Assembly (NCBI GenBank): GCA_964432845.1
Contig: CAYSPE010000003.1
Location: 7,422 to 71,421, forward strand
Direction of reading: 5' to 3'
DNA length: 64,000 nt
Origin: an uncultured Bifidobacterium sp.
Lineage (GTDB): Bacteria > Actinomycetota > Acidimicrobiia > Acidimicrobiales > Ilumatobacteraceae
This document shows, piece after piece, positions 1 to 8,237 of the stretch. The notes beneath the pieces were generated by a model that did no database searches, had not been told where the DNA came from, and was given only the letters and a program-made list of their open reading frames with translations. The stretch's first letter is position 1, and the number at the start of each line of letters is the position of its first letter. Made by a program: the position numbers and the translations under genes.

Positions 1-1046
1 TCAACCGTGGCCGCTGCACTTGGTCGACCCAAGCACTGAATGCGTGCATCGAACTGGTCGCTCCAAAAGAACGGCACAGCTGCATATGGCTCTTGCGCGG
101 TGTGGTTGAAAAACGCCAACAAATTCTTGGCTGCTTGAGCACCTTGTTCTGCGGCGTTCGTCCAATGCTCCACACGCATGTCTGCTTCAACATGTGAGAA
201 CAAGGAGTTGGGCCAACGCAAAACATCACCTGCAACAAACACATTTGCGGGGCCGGCATTGAGGTTCTCGTTGCACACCACACCATCACGCAGTGTGAGC
301 GACGACCCTTCCAACCATTTCGTGGCGGGTGCGACACCAATTCCAACAACGACAACATCGGCAGGAATCTGTTCACCCGAACCGAGCGAGATGCTCTCCA
401 CATGTTCAGATCCGTTGATGGACGCAACTTGTACACCGCATCGCACGTGCACACCATTGCTCTCGTGTACCTGACCAATTGCCGCGCCCATCTCTGCGCC
501 CAACGCACGAATGAGTGGTGCCTCTAAGCCTTCAAGAACGGTGACGGAGGCACCGCGTTTTGCAGCCGTCGCGGCCGCCTCCAGGCCAATGAAGCCGGCG
601 CCGATCACTACAACATGTGCGCCGTCGGTGATTTCAGCGCGCAATGACTCGGCGTCGCTGAGAGTACGCAATACGTGAACACCGGGAATCTGCGGTTGGT
701 CCGGAAGACGGCGTACAACACCGCCAGTTGCAATGATGAGTCCGTCGTATTCCAGGTCTTCACCGTTGGCCAGGGTGATGCTGTTGCGATCTGAGTGCAA
801 CGCAGTTGCAGCGACGCCCAGCTTCCAGGTGAGATGCAGTTCCTCAAGGGCTTCTGGCTTTCGCAACGCAACACGATCTGCTTCCCACTCGCCTGCCAAG
901 AAGTTCTTCGACAATGGAGGCCGGTCATACGGCATGTGCGGCTCGTCGCCCACCATGGTGATGGTGCCCTCAAATCCCATGGAACGCAGAGTTTCCGCCG
1001 CGCGGACTCCTGCTAACGAGGCTCCGACAATCACTACTTTTTGCAC
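1..1046 (-). CDS. FAD-dependent pyridine nucleotide-disulfide oxidoreductase (ferredoxin-reductase-like), 3' end outside window
   Basis: Reverse-strand frame is open to the window edge, so it is absent from the ORF track. GTG start at 1046. Translation VQKVVIVGASLAGVRAAETLR... gives an FAD GxGxxG fold. A second dinucleotide fold is VVVIGAGFIGLEAAATAAKRG, followed by a late VFVAGDV motif. About 348 codons are visible. Confidence 0.8.
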   Translation of the reverse strand, partial: MQKVVIVGASLAGVRAAETLRSMGFEGTITMVGDEPHMPYDRPPLSKNFLAGEWEADRVALRKPEALEELHLTWKLGVAATALHSDRNSITLANGEDLEYDGLIIATGGVVRRLPDQPQIPGVHVLRTLSDAESLRAEITDGAHVVVIGAGFIGLEAAATAAKRGASVTVLEGLEAPLIRALGAEMGAAIGQVHESNGVHVRCGVQVASINGSEHVESISLGSGEQIPADVVVVGIGVAPATKWLEGSSLTLRDGVVCNENLNAGPANVFVAGDVLRWPNSLFSHVEADMRVEHWTNAAEQGAQAAKNLLAFFNHTAQEPYAAVPFFWSDQFDARIQCLGRPSAAATV

Positions 1047-1120
1047 GGTGAACAGGTTAGAGGGGCATGCTCGACCGTCTTTCATTACGTGGTGACCGAA
1101 CGCACTTCTTGACCGTCGTA

Positions 1121-1134
1121 CGGACAGTTGTCCG
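1121..1134. promoter_or_regulatory. 14-bp palindrome CGGACA-GT-TGTCCG in a divergent promoter region (candidate operator)
   Basis: Perfect 6-bp inverted arms. It lies 39 nt upstream of the ATG at 1173 and 75 nt upstream of the reverse-strand GTG at 1046. The same half-sites recur at 7107-7123. Confidence 0.3.
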
Positions 1135-1172
1135 CACATAAGATTTGTTGGTCTACTCGCGTAAGGAAAAAT

Positions 1173-2321
1173 ATGGCCGCCCCTTCCCACCTCATTCCCA
1201 GCACCCACACCGGAAGCCTTCCTCGACCTGATGACCTCATTCAGTTGATGTGGGCAGTGGGTGATGGCATTCCTGTTGACAAGACCGCGTTAGACGAACG
1301 CATCAACAAGGCAATTGAAGAAATTGTGGAGAAGCAGGTGAAAGCCGGCGTCACCATCATCAACGATGGTGAAATGTCGAAGCCTTCGTATGCCACGTAT
1401 GTGAAGGATCGCTTGTCTGGTTTCGCCGGTGAATCCATTCAGAACTATTTCTTCGATGACCTGGTTGATTTTCCTCGTAGTGCAGAGGCCGTGGCCGGAA
1501 ACCCTGGTCGTCGGAAGAGGTCAGCGCCTGCTTGTACCAGTGCAATTGAAGTGATTGACCGCACGGCAGCTGTGAAAGACATGACCGAACTCTCTGCTGC
1601 TGCCAAAAAGTTTGGGCACGAGCAAATCTTTACGAGCGCGGCATCACCAGGCGTGGTGTCGTTGTTCTTTGGAAATGAGTTTTACAAGACGCGTGAGGAA
1701 TACGTGTTTGCCATTGCCGAAGCAATGCGTTTCGAATACGAAGCAATCGCAGCAGCCGGAGCAGTTGTACAGGTGGACTGTCCTGACTTAGCAATGGGTC
1801 GCCACTCTGCATATGCCCAACTTTCGTTGGAAGAATTCCGCAACACCATTCGCACCAATATCGAGGCCCTCAATCACGCAGTACGCAACATTCCTGCTGA
1901 GCAGCTTCGAATGCATTTGTGTTGGGGAAATTACCCAGGACCGCACCACCACGATGTTCCCATTCAGGACATCATTGACATTGTGTGGACCGCAAAGCCA
2001 CAAACCGTGTTGTTTGAGGGGGCTAATCCTCGACATTCACATGAATGGAGTGTGTTGAAGGAACTAGGTGTTCCAAAAGACAAGTTCATTTGTCCTGGCG
2101 TTATTGAGCCGCAGTCGAATTACATCGAGCATCCCGAGTTAATCGCGCAACGGTTGGGTCAATGGGCTCAGGTTGTTTCTCCTGATCGCTTGTTGGCCGG
2201 AGTGGATTGTGGTTTTTCTGTCCACGTTGGCACCACCACCATCGACCCCGATGTGGTGTTCGCAAAATTGGCGGCGTTGTCACAGGGATGTGAAATTGCA
2301 TCAAAGAAGTTGTTCGCATAA
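1173..2321 (+). CDS. Cobalamin-independent methionine synthase (MetE C-terminal domain)-like Zn alkyltransferase family protein
   Basis: ORF 1128..2321; the ATG at 1173 is preceded by AAGGA. The N-terminus IPSTHTGSLPRP is typical of the short MetE-like family. Zn-ligand-like motifs HLCWGNY and VDCGF are present. Confidence 0.75.
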   Translation: MAAPSHLIPSTHTGSLPRPDDLIQLMWAVGDGIPVDKTALDERINKAIEEIVEKQVKAGVTIINDGEMSKPSYATYVKDRLSGFAGESIQNYFFDDLVDFPRSAEAVAGNPGRRKRSAPACTSAIEVIDRTAAVKDMTELSAAAKKFGHEQIFTSAASPGVVSLFFGNEFYKTREEYVFAIAEAMRFEYEAIAAAGAVVQVDCPDLAMGRHSAYAQLSLEEFRNTIRTNIEALNHAVRNIPAEQLRMHLCWGNYPGPHHHDVPIQDIIDIVWTAKPQTVLFEGANPRHSHEWSVLKELGVPKDKFICPGVIEPQSNYIEHPELIAQRLGQWAQVVSPDRLLAGVDCGFSVHVGTTTIDPDVVFAKLAALSQGCEIASKKLFA

Positions 2322-2342
2322 TCACAACTACGAACTCAACAA

Positions 2343-2378
2343 AAGAGCCCGGTCCTTTTGGACCGGGCTCTTCGTTTT
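2343..2378. terminator. Bidirectional intrinsic terminator between convergent genes
   Basis: 13-bp stem AAGAGCCCGGTCC/GGACCGGGCTCTT with a TTTT loop. It has an A-run upstream and CGTTTT downstream. Confidence 0.8.
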
Positions 2379-2397
2379 AGTCGTTACAACTAATTAC

Positions 2398-2934
2398 TTA
2401 GCTGTTGTCCTTTGGCTGGTACAGAAGACCAATCACTGCGCCATAAATGAGGTGCCACAGAAGAACGCCAGCGGGAAGCTTCCAACCATTGGGCGTATCG
2501 AACGAGAAGAGGCCGTAGCCCTGCTTCGGTGCGTATGCGTATGGAACAAGGAAGCCGATGCTGATGATCGTCATGATGACGCCATAGATAAGGCCCTTCA
2601 CCACGTGGCTCTTGGCAGGAATCTGCTTGTGGGCGATAACGCCGAACAAGATGCAGAACACGATGCCGTTCACGAAGTGCATTGACTGGCCAGTGAAGTA
2701 CTGGCTGATTGGGTTTGCCCATGAGGCACCCTTGTCACCAGCAGCTCCTGCAATGAGCGCGCCGTTGTAGGCAGGCCATGGAAGCTGTGGAAGGCCGATT
2801 GCGTTGAAGCAGTAGCCAAAGTAGGTACCGAGCTGAGTAGCGATGACACCGATGAGGGCAAGACTGCCCACTGGATGCTCTTCTACCCATTTGTGCCAGC
2901 GCTGTGAGGCGCTGGGTGCAAGTGAATTACTCAT
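2398..2934 (-). CDS. Integral membrane protein of unknown function (about 4 TM helices)
   Basis: ORF 2398..2991; internal ATG (MSNSL...) at 2934 with GGGGG upstream. Several hydrophobic segments are visible (LALIGVIATQLGTYFGY, FVNGIVFCILFGVIA, GLIYGVIMTIISIGFLV, VLLWHLIYGAVIGLL). Confidence 0.6.
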   Translation of the reverse strand: MSNSLAPSASQRWHKWVEEHPVGSLALIGVIATQLGTYFGYCFNAIGLPQLPWPAYNGALIAGAAGDKGASWANPISQYFTGQSMHFVNGIVFCILFGVIAHKQIPAKSHVVKGLIYGVIMTIISIGFLVPYAYAPKQGYGLFSFDTPNGWKLPAGVLLWHLIYGAVIGLLYQPKDNS

Positions 2935-3014
2935 TTGTTTGACCCCCGGGGTTCTGCGGGCGAGATGCCCGACTAGCGGACAAATTACCAACAGGCGGAC
3001 ATAAGGGGGTGGAT

Positions 3015-3809
3015 TTACGAGGCTGGTGGTTGGTAATCGATGTTGCGGTCAACGTTCATATAGATGTCAATGCCCACTGGGTGGGTCTGTTCTTCCACAA
3101 TGTGGCCCAAAAGGCCGGCACAGCGGGCAAGAAGGGCCACGCCGCGCATGACGCCGAGTGGGAGGCCCAAATCAGCCAAGACAGCGCCGCAGACTCCGGC
3201 GCCGTTGAGCGGCAGGTGCTTGCCGAGCACATCGGAATGAGACCGGCCAATGGCTTCAAACAAGGCAAGGTGGGGACCAAACGTGCCGTTCTCGCGGGCA
3301 AGAGCCATGAGCACGGGTGTGCGAGGGTCGCCTTGCTTGTGGACGGGGTGTCCGAGGCCCGGCACAAATTTGCCTTGCTCTTTTTGCAGGCGCACCGTTT
3401 CGCGGGCAACGTCGTCCCATTCGGCAGCGGAGCGCTCGGAGATTCCGATTCTCTGCAGTTCACGATTCAAGAACATGGCGCAGTCCTCTGTGACTCCGAG
3501 GAAACGAGAGCCTCCACCCAAGAGACCCGCAGCCAATGCGCCCTGCAATGAATCGGGCGCGCTTGCGTACGTGAGGCGAGCAGCAATAGCGGTAGGTGTG
3601 AATCCATGATCAGCAAGCGCAGCGAGCACTGCTTCAAACATCACCAGTTGACCCTTCGAAGGACGCTGCTTAGCGATGAGGTAATACGCCAATTCGCCGA
3701 ACGAAATTTTTCCGAGCATCTCTGATGCAAGGTCGTGACCGAGCAATGTGATGCTGTCAGCATCTGACGTGCCAAGTCCCGTGCGATAAGTGGGTTGTTG
3801 TGTGGTCAT
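3015..3809 (-). CDS. Citryl-CoA lyase-like protein (short citrate synthase family)
   Basis: ORF 3015..3833; the ATG at 3809 lies 2 nt after the upstream TAA stop. It has the citrate-synthase-family signature GLGHPVHKQGDPR and is about 264 aa, lacking the large N-terminal domain of true citrate synthases. Confidence 0.75.
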   Translation of the reverse strand: MTTQQPTYRTGLGTSDADSITLLGHDLASEMLGKISFGELAYYLIAKQRPSKGQLVMFEAVLAALADHGFTPTAIAARLTYASAPDSLQGALAAGLLGGGSRFLGVTEDCAMFLNRELQRIGISERSAAEWDDVARETVRLQKEQGKFVPGLGHPVHKQGDPRTPVLMALARENGTFGPHLALFEAIGRSHSDVLGKHLPLNGAGVCGAVLADLGLPLGVMRGVALLARCAGLLGHIVEEQTHPVGIDIYMNVDRNIDYQPPAS

Positions 3810-3811
3810 GA

Positions 3812-4972
3812 TTAATCCAGTCCTTTCAACCAATCACGAATTTCGTCTGAGTGTTCGCCGAGTTGTGGCGGCGGAAGTCGATATTCCAGTTCTCCGTCAC
3901 TAAACGTGATGGGGTTACGGACCAACGTGACTTCGCGATCGCCCTCGCCCACTTGCACTCGTGGGCGAAGACCAAGCTTTTCTGCAAGTTCAACGCCGTC
4001 ACCAATGGAGTTGATGGGCCCACACGGAACTCCCACTTTGTTCAGCTCAATAAAGAGATCGTCCGACATCCACTCGGCCAATTTTTCCAACAGGAACGGG
4101 CGAAGTTCTTCGCGATTCTTTGTACGGTCAGCATTGATTTTGAAACGTGGATCGTCGGCAAGGTGTTCTATTCCGAGTACTGCACACAATGAGCGGAACT
4201 GCTTGTCATTGCCTGCCGCAATGATGAGGTCGCGGTCCTTGGTGGGCAACGCTTCATAGGGAAACAAACTGGGGTGAGCATTTCCCATGCGGAACGGCAC
4301 AACGCCTGCTGCGGTGTATGCAGCAGTTTGATTCACCAAGCCCGACATTGCCGACGACAAGAGATTGACTTCAACGTGTTGACCTTTACCCGTGATGTCT
4401 CGTTGATGTAATGCAGAGAGAACACCGATGGTGCCGTGCAGGCCCGCCATCACGTCGAACACCGAAATGCCGGCGCGATACGGCTGACCATCTGGCTCAC
4501 CCGTGAGACTCATGAGACCCGACACGGCCTGCACAATGAGGTCGTAACCCGGAAGCCATGCGCCTTCGGCTGTACCAAAACCACTGATGGACAAATAGAT
4601 GAGGCCCGGATTGTCAACACTGACCGATTCATAGTCAAGTCCAAACTTCTTCAGTCCACCCACTTTGAAGTTCTCCAAGCAAATATCGGCATTGCGCACG
4701 AGCTTCTTCACTAATGCGAGATCATCAGGATTGCCGTAATCAAGAACGATTGACTTCTTGTTTCGGTTGATGGACATGTAATAGGTGGCAACACCATCCT
4801 TCGTGGGTGGGACCCACGTGCGCGTGTCATCGCCTGCAGCGCTCTCCACCTTCACAACGGTGGCGCCCATATCAGCGAGCAACATGGAGCAATAAGGTCC
4901 GGCTAACACTCGCGAGAGGTCGGCAACTATTAGTCCGTCAAGCGGCTTGGCCGTATTCTGTGGGGAGGTCAT
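3812..4972 (-). CDS. Family III CoA-transferase (CaiB/BaiF type)
   Basis: ORF 3812..5023; internal ATG at 4972 (MTSPQNTAKPLDGL...). The N-terminal signature LDGLIVADLSRVLAGPYCSMLLADMGATVVKVE is typical of the family. Confidence 0.85.
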   Translation of the reverse strand: MTSPQNTAKPLDGLIVADLSRVLAGPYCSMLLADMGATVVKVESAAGDDTRTWVPPTKDGVATYYMSINRNKKSIVLDYGNPDDLALVKKLVRNADICLENFKVGGLKKFGLDYESVSVDNPGLIYLSISGFGTAEGAWLPGYDLIVQAVSGLMSLTGEPDGQPYRAGISVFDVMAGLHGTIGVLSALHQRDITGKGQHVEVNLLSSAMSGLVNQTAAYTAAGVVPFRMGNAHPSLFPYEALPTKDRDLIIAAGNDKQFRSLCAVLGIEHLADDPRFKINADRTKNREELRPFLLEKLAEWMSDDLFIELNKVGVPCGPINSIGDGVELAEKLGLRPRVQVGEGDREVTLVRNPITFSDGELEYRLPPPQLGEHSDEIRDWLKGLD

Positions 4973-5026
4973 GTTGTGGATTCTTTCTGATGAAGGGACA
5001 GGACGGAAGAACGAGAGGCGCACACC

Positions 5027-5833
5027 GTGGCAACAAAACGAGAAGAGCCAGATTTTGTTGAAGCGTTGGCGCGCGGGCTCAACGTGATGCGAGCTTTTTC
5101 ATTGTCGCACTTGGCGCTCACGGTGAGTGAAGTTGCTGCAGCAACCGACTTAGCTCGACCAACGGCCAGACGATTGCTCATCACGTTGGAACAGTTGGGA
5201 TATGTGCGATCGAACAACGGTGAGTTCATGCTGACTCCAAAGGTGTTGGAGTTAGGAATGTCGTACATCAATGCACAAGGCATGTGGGATATTGCTCGCC
5301 CGCACTTGGTGTCATTGGTGTCGCGAACACATGAATCAAGTTCCATGTCGCAATTAGACGGAAGCGACATCGTGTACACGGCTCGTGTACCGGTACCAAA
5401 AATCATTGGCCTCTCCGTACAGATCGGCACACGATTTCCAGCCGTTGCAACGTCCATGGGGCATGTGTTGTTGTCCGCACTATCCACCAAAGAATTGGAT
5501 GCGGTACTCAAGATTCCGTCGCAGTCAAATGTTGTGCCTCGCGTACGACCCACGCGCAAGGAAATAGATGCGGCACTCGCTGAAGTGCGCACTCGTGGAT
5601 GGGCCTTGTCGGATGAACGCTTGTCGTTTGGCATTCGATCAATTGCAGCACCAGTACGTAATGGCTTAGGTGAAGTCATCGCAGCGGTGAATGTCACGAC
5701 CAACGCAGCAGAAACATCAATTGCCGAGCTGAAGAAATCACATTTGCCGTTGCTGCTGGAAACTGCGCAAGCGATTTCAGAAGACTTCTCGCGAATGTCA
5801 GAGCTTCCCACCACTGACCCGTTGCCGAAATAG
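5027..5833 (+). CDS. IclR-family transcriptional regulator (PcaR/PobR-like)
   Basis: GTG start, 268 aa. It has an N-terminal wHTH (LTVSEVAAATDLARPTARRLLITLEQLGYV) and a C-terminal IclR effector domain. It is divergent from the CoA-transferase operon across a 54-bp intergenic region. Confidence 0.85.
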   Translation: MATKREEPDFVEALARGLNVMRAFSLSHLALTVSEVAAATDLARPTARRLLITLEQLGYVRSNNGEFMLTPKVLELGMSYINAQGMWDIARPHLVSLVSRTHESSSMSQLDGSDIVYTARVPVPKIIGLSVQIGTRFPAVATSMGHVLLSALSTKELDAVLKIPSQSNVVPRVRPTRKEIDAALAEVRTRGWALSDERLSFGIRSIAAPVRNGLGEVIAAVNVTTNAAETSIAELKKSHLPLLLETAQAISEDFSRMSELPTTDPLPK

Positions 5834-5847
5834 TTCTGCGTCATGCG

Positions 5848-6534
5848 CTACTTGGTTTCCGTGCGATGGGTTTCCAAGATGAATTCGGCGGTTGCTTGCG
5901 GCGCTGAGAAAAATGGCGAATGGTCGGCATCCAATTCCACCGAGTGTTTTGCCCATGCTGCACGCATGCGCTGTTGCTCTAACAACACAGCTTGATCATC
6001 GGTGCACACGATGTAGCTACTCGGAACTGTGATCCACGCCGGGTTCTCCATTGGTTCCACCGGAATTTCACTGCGCATGGAACGGCGATGCTGCATGGCA
6101 ATGCGTGCGAGTGATGCGGGGCTTCGGTGGAAAAGAAATCGATAAGCATCTTCAGTAAGCGATAATTCGCCATCATCTGCAACAACGAGGCACGACCGAA
6201 ATTCTGGATTTCCCCACTGTGGAGTAATGCCCGCCTGTGATTCACCCAACGCAGGCATGCGTGCTGCAACAAACACCAAGTGTTGTGCGGCATGTGCTGC
6301 TGCAGCAACGGTGATGCCTGTGTAACTGTGACCCACCACGGTGACCACACCGTGCGCGTTTTGTAACTCGGCGATTTTGTTCTGCAACAAATGCACGTCA
6401 TCGGCTAATGACGTGAACGGCAGATCAATGGTGTGACATTCCTGGCCGTAATGCGCAAGGCGTTCAATTACCGGCATCCACGTGAGACTCGGCAGAAACG
6501 ACCCATGCACAAAGAGAATGCTCGAGTCATTCAT
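5848..6534 (-). CDS. Alpha/beta hydrolase fold protein
   Basis: 228 aa. N-terminus ILFVHGSF (oxyanion region), nucleophile-elbow-like GHSYTG, and a late DH pair (DADHSPF). Confidence 0.75.
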   Translation of the reverse strand: MNDSSILFVHGSFLPSLTWMPVIERLAHYGQECHTIDLPFTSLADDVHLLQNKIAELQNAHGVVTVVGHSYTGITVAAAAHAAQHLVFVAARMPALGESQAGITPQWGNPEFRSCLVVADDGELSLTEDAYRFLFHRSPASLARIAMQHRRSMRSEIPVEPMENPAWITVPSSYIVCTDDQAVLLEQQRMRAAWAKHSVELDADHSPFFSAPQATAEFILETHRTETK

Positions 6535-6549
6535 GGAAGTATCTGAGAA

Positions 6550-7077
6550 CTAGCGGTAGTTGTTGTTGCTGGTGTGATCACCTGCGAGCCAACGCTTCAA
6601 CACTTCGTGTGCATCTTTGCGGCGGTCGGCATTGATCTTGTCTGCGCCAGGTGCATCTGCGGTGAACTCAAGAAGCATGCCATTGGGGTCTTCTGTGTAC
6701 AGCGAACGGCAGTAGCCGTGTTCCAACACGTAGGTACCGTCTGGCTTCCAGCCGGCTTTTTGCAAACGGCCAAAGATTTCGTCTTGTGTCTCGGACGACA
6801 CATTGAGAGCAATGTGACGGAATGGTGATGGTGTGAGTGGTGGATCGAATTCGTCTTGGTCTGCCTTGTTTGCAAACTGGAAGAACGCAAGCGCACTGCC
6901 GTCTGGCATTCCAAAGAAGCAATGGCAGTACACACGCAAGGCACCGAAGAGTTCATCAGCTTCTGACCACGTTGCAACAAGTGGCAATCCAACTAGGTCT
7001 TCATAGAACGCGCGAGTTGCCTCGAGGTCCTTTGTTAAGTATGCGGTGTGGTGGAGGCGGGTTGCTGAACTGCTCAT
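6550..7077 (-). CDS. VOC (glyoxalase/bleomycin resistance/extradiol dioxygenase) family protein
   Basis: 175 aa. LHHTAYLTKDLEATRAFYEDLVGL is a typical VOC beta-alpha-beta start; a second module lies around FRHIALNV. Confidence 0.8.
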   Translation of the reverse strand: MSSSATRLHHTAYLTKDLEATRAFYEDLVGLPLVATWSEADELFGALRVYCHCFFGMPDGSALAFFQFANKADQDEFDPPLTPSPFRHIALNVSSETQDEIFGRLQKAGWKPDGTYVLEHGYCRSLYTEDPNGMLLEFTADAPGADKINADRRKDAHEVLKRWLAGDHTSNNNYR

Positions 7078-7106
7078 GGGAATTCTCCTATCGGAAATCG
7101 GGCAAG

Positions 7107-7123
7107 TGTCCGTCTGTCGGACA
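7107..7123. promoter_or_regulatory. Palindrome TGTCCG-N5-CGGACA upstream of the VOC gene (candidate operator)
   Basis: Perfect 6-bp arms, 30-46 nt upstream of the ATG at 7077 on the reverse strand. It shares half-sites with 1121-1134. Confidence 0.3.
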
Positions 7124-7186
7124 TTAAACCGTTATGCGTACATTATTGCTCGTCACCAGCAGACACAAGCCTCGGCCGGCAATTAA

Positions 7187-8044
7187 TTAACCAAAGACAA
7201 CGGTGCGATTGCCGAAGGTAAGTACTCGGTGCTCGACGTGAGCGCGTACGGCTCGGGCCAACACCACGGTCTCCAAGTCACGACCCTGTTGGGTGAGCTT
7301 TGCCACATTGTCGCGGTGCGAAACATGTGCCACATCCTGGGCGATGATGGGTCCTTCATCCAGCACGTCACTGACATAGTGCGCGGTGGCGCCGATGACT
7401 TTGACGCCACGATCGTGCGCTTGTCGATACGGGTTTGCGCCAATGAATGCAGGCAAGAACGAATGGTGAATGTTGATCATGCGACCCGTCCACTGCTGCA
7501 CCAATGCTGGGGGCAACACCAACATGTAACGAGCGAGAATCACTAGTTCTACATCCATGCTTGCCAACAACGCCGAGAGCGTTTCTTCTTGATCGGCGCG
7601 CGCATGTGCACCCTCTTGCACAGGGACATGCATGAAATTCACGCCGTGTGCGGTGGCAAGCGGTTGTGCATCAGCGTGATTAGACACCAAACCCACAACA
7701 TCAAGCCCGAGATCTCCGTATGTGGTGCGAGACAACAAGTCAGCCGCACAATGCAGTTGTTTCGAACACAAAATTGCTGTGCGTGGATTGCGCGGCAATT
7801 CATTAATGCTGAATTGCATGTCCCAATTTGCAGCCAATGCAGCGAAGCCTGCAGACAGTGTGTGCAGCGGAGTGTTACCCGCATGCGTGAATTCAACACG
7901 TTGGAAGAACATGGAGTCTTCGGTGTCGGTGTGCTGTTCAGCGTGAACAATGTTTCCGCCTACTGATGCAACCCACGTAGCAACTGCAGCAACGATGCCG
8001 GGCTTGTCGGGGCACGAGATAAGGAGGACGGCCGAGGTACTCAC
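7187..8044 (-). CDS. purU: Formyltetrahydrofolate deformylase
   Basis: ORF 7187..8107, but its first 21 codons are the tRNA-Ala gene. GTG at 8044 is the only canonical start before the ACT domain (AVLLISCPDKPGIVAAV). It has a formyltransferase core with INIHHSFLPAF. Confidence 0.85.
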   Translation of the reverse strand: MSTSAVLLISCPDKPGIVAAVATWVASVGGNIVHAEQHTDTEDSMFFQRVEFTHAGNTPLHTLSAGFAALAANWDMQFSINELPRNPRTAILCSKQLHCAADLLSRTTYGDLGLDVVGLVSNHADAQPLATAHGVNFMHVPVQEGAHARADQEETLSALLASMDVELVILARYMLVLPPALVQQWTGRMINIHHSFLPAFIGANPYRQAHDRGVKVIGATAHYVSDVLDEGPIIAQDVAHVSHRDNVAKLTQQGRDLETVVLARAVRAHVEHRVLTFGNRTVVFG

Positions 8045-8046
8045 AG

Positions 8047-8122
8047 TGGTGGAGACGATGGGAATCGAACCCACGACCTCCTGCTTGCAAAGCAGGCGCT
8101 CTACCAATTGAGCTACGTCCCC
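8047..8122 (-). tRNA. tRNA-Ala (anticodon TGC)
   Basis: 76-nt cloverleaf read by hand: GGGGACG/CGTCTCC acceptor stem with G3:U70, anticodon loop TTTGCAA, T-loop GGTTCGATTCC, and an encoded CCA. Confidence 0.95.
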
Positions 8123-8237
8123 GAAGGAAGGAAAAGACTATCGGCGGACCACGCCGACCACCACAAAATGCCGTAAAACCCGCACCGCACCCGTAAAACG
8201 GCCCGTTATCCACAGGCTGCGGGGGTACCCTTGTGAC

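Noticed and set aside
4969-5844. 291-aa ORF antisense to the IclR gene. Similar long antisense ORFs occur at 33594-34283 (opposite DegV), 55875-56657 (opposite dnaK/grpE), 47330-48117 (opposite the surface-protein gene), 8255-9097 and 13465-14070.
   Set aside because: They lie fully inside genes with clear family signatures on the other strand. They have low-complexity Ser/Ala/Arg/Thr-rich translations and no motifs or SDs, which makes them typical shadow ORFs.
6550-7077. The two 175-aa VOC proteins (6550-7077 and 43077-43604) as a recent duplication or repeat.
   Set aside because: They share only the family fold pattern. Their sequences are clearly different at both the protein and DNA level, so they are old paralogues rather than a repeat element.
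8045-8107. N-terminal 21 codons of track ORF 7187..8107 (MVERLLCKQEVVGSIPIVSTT).
   Set aside because: This stretch is the tRNA-Ala gene read as protein. purU must start at GTG 8044.
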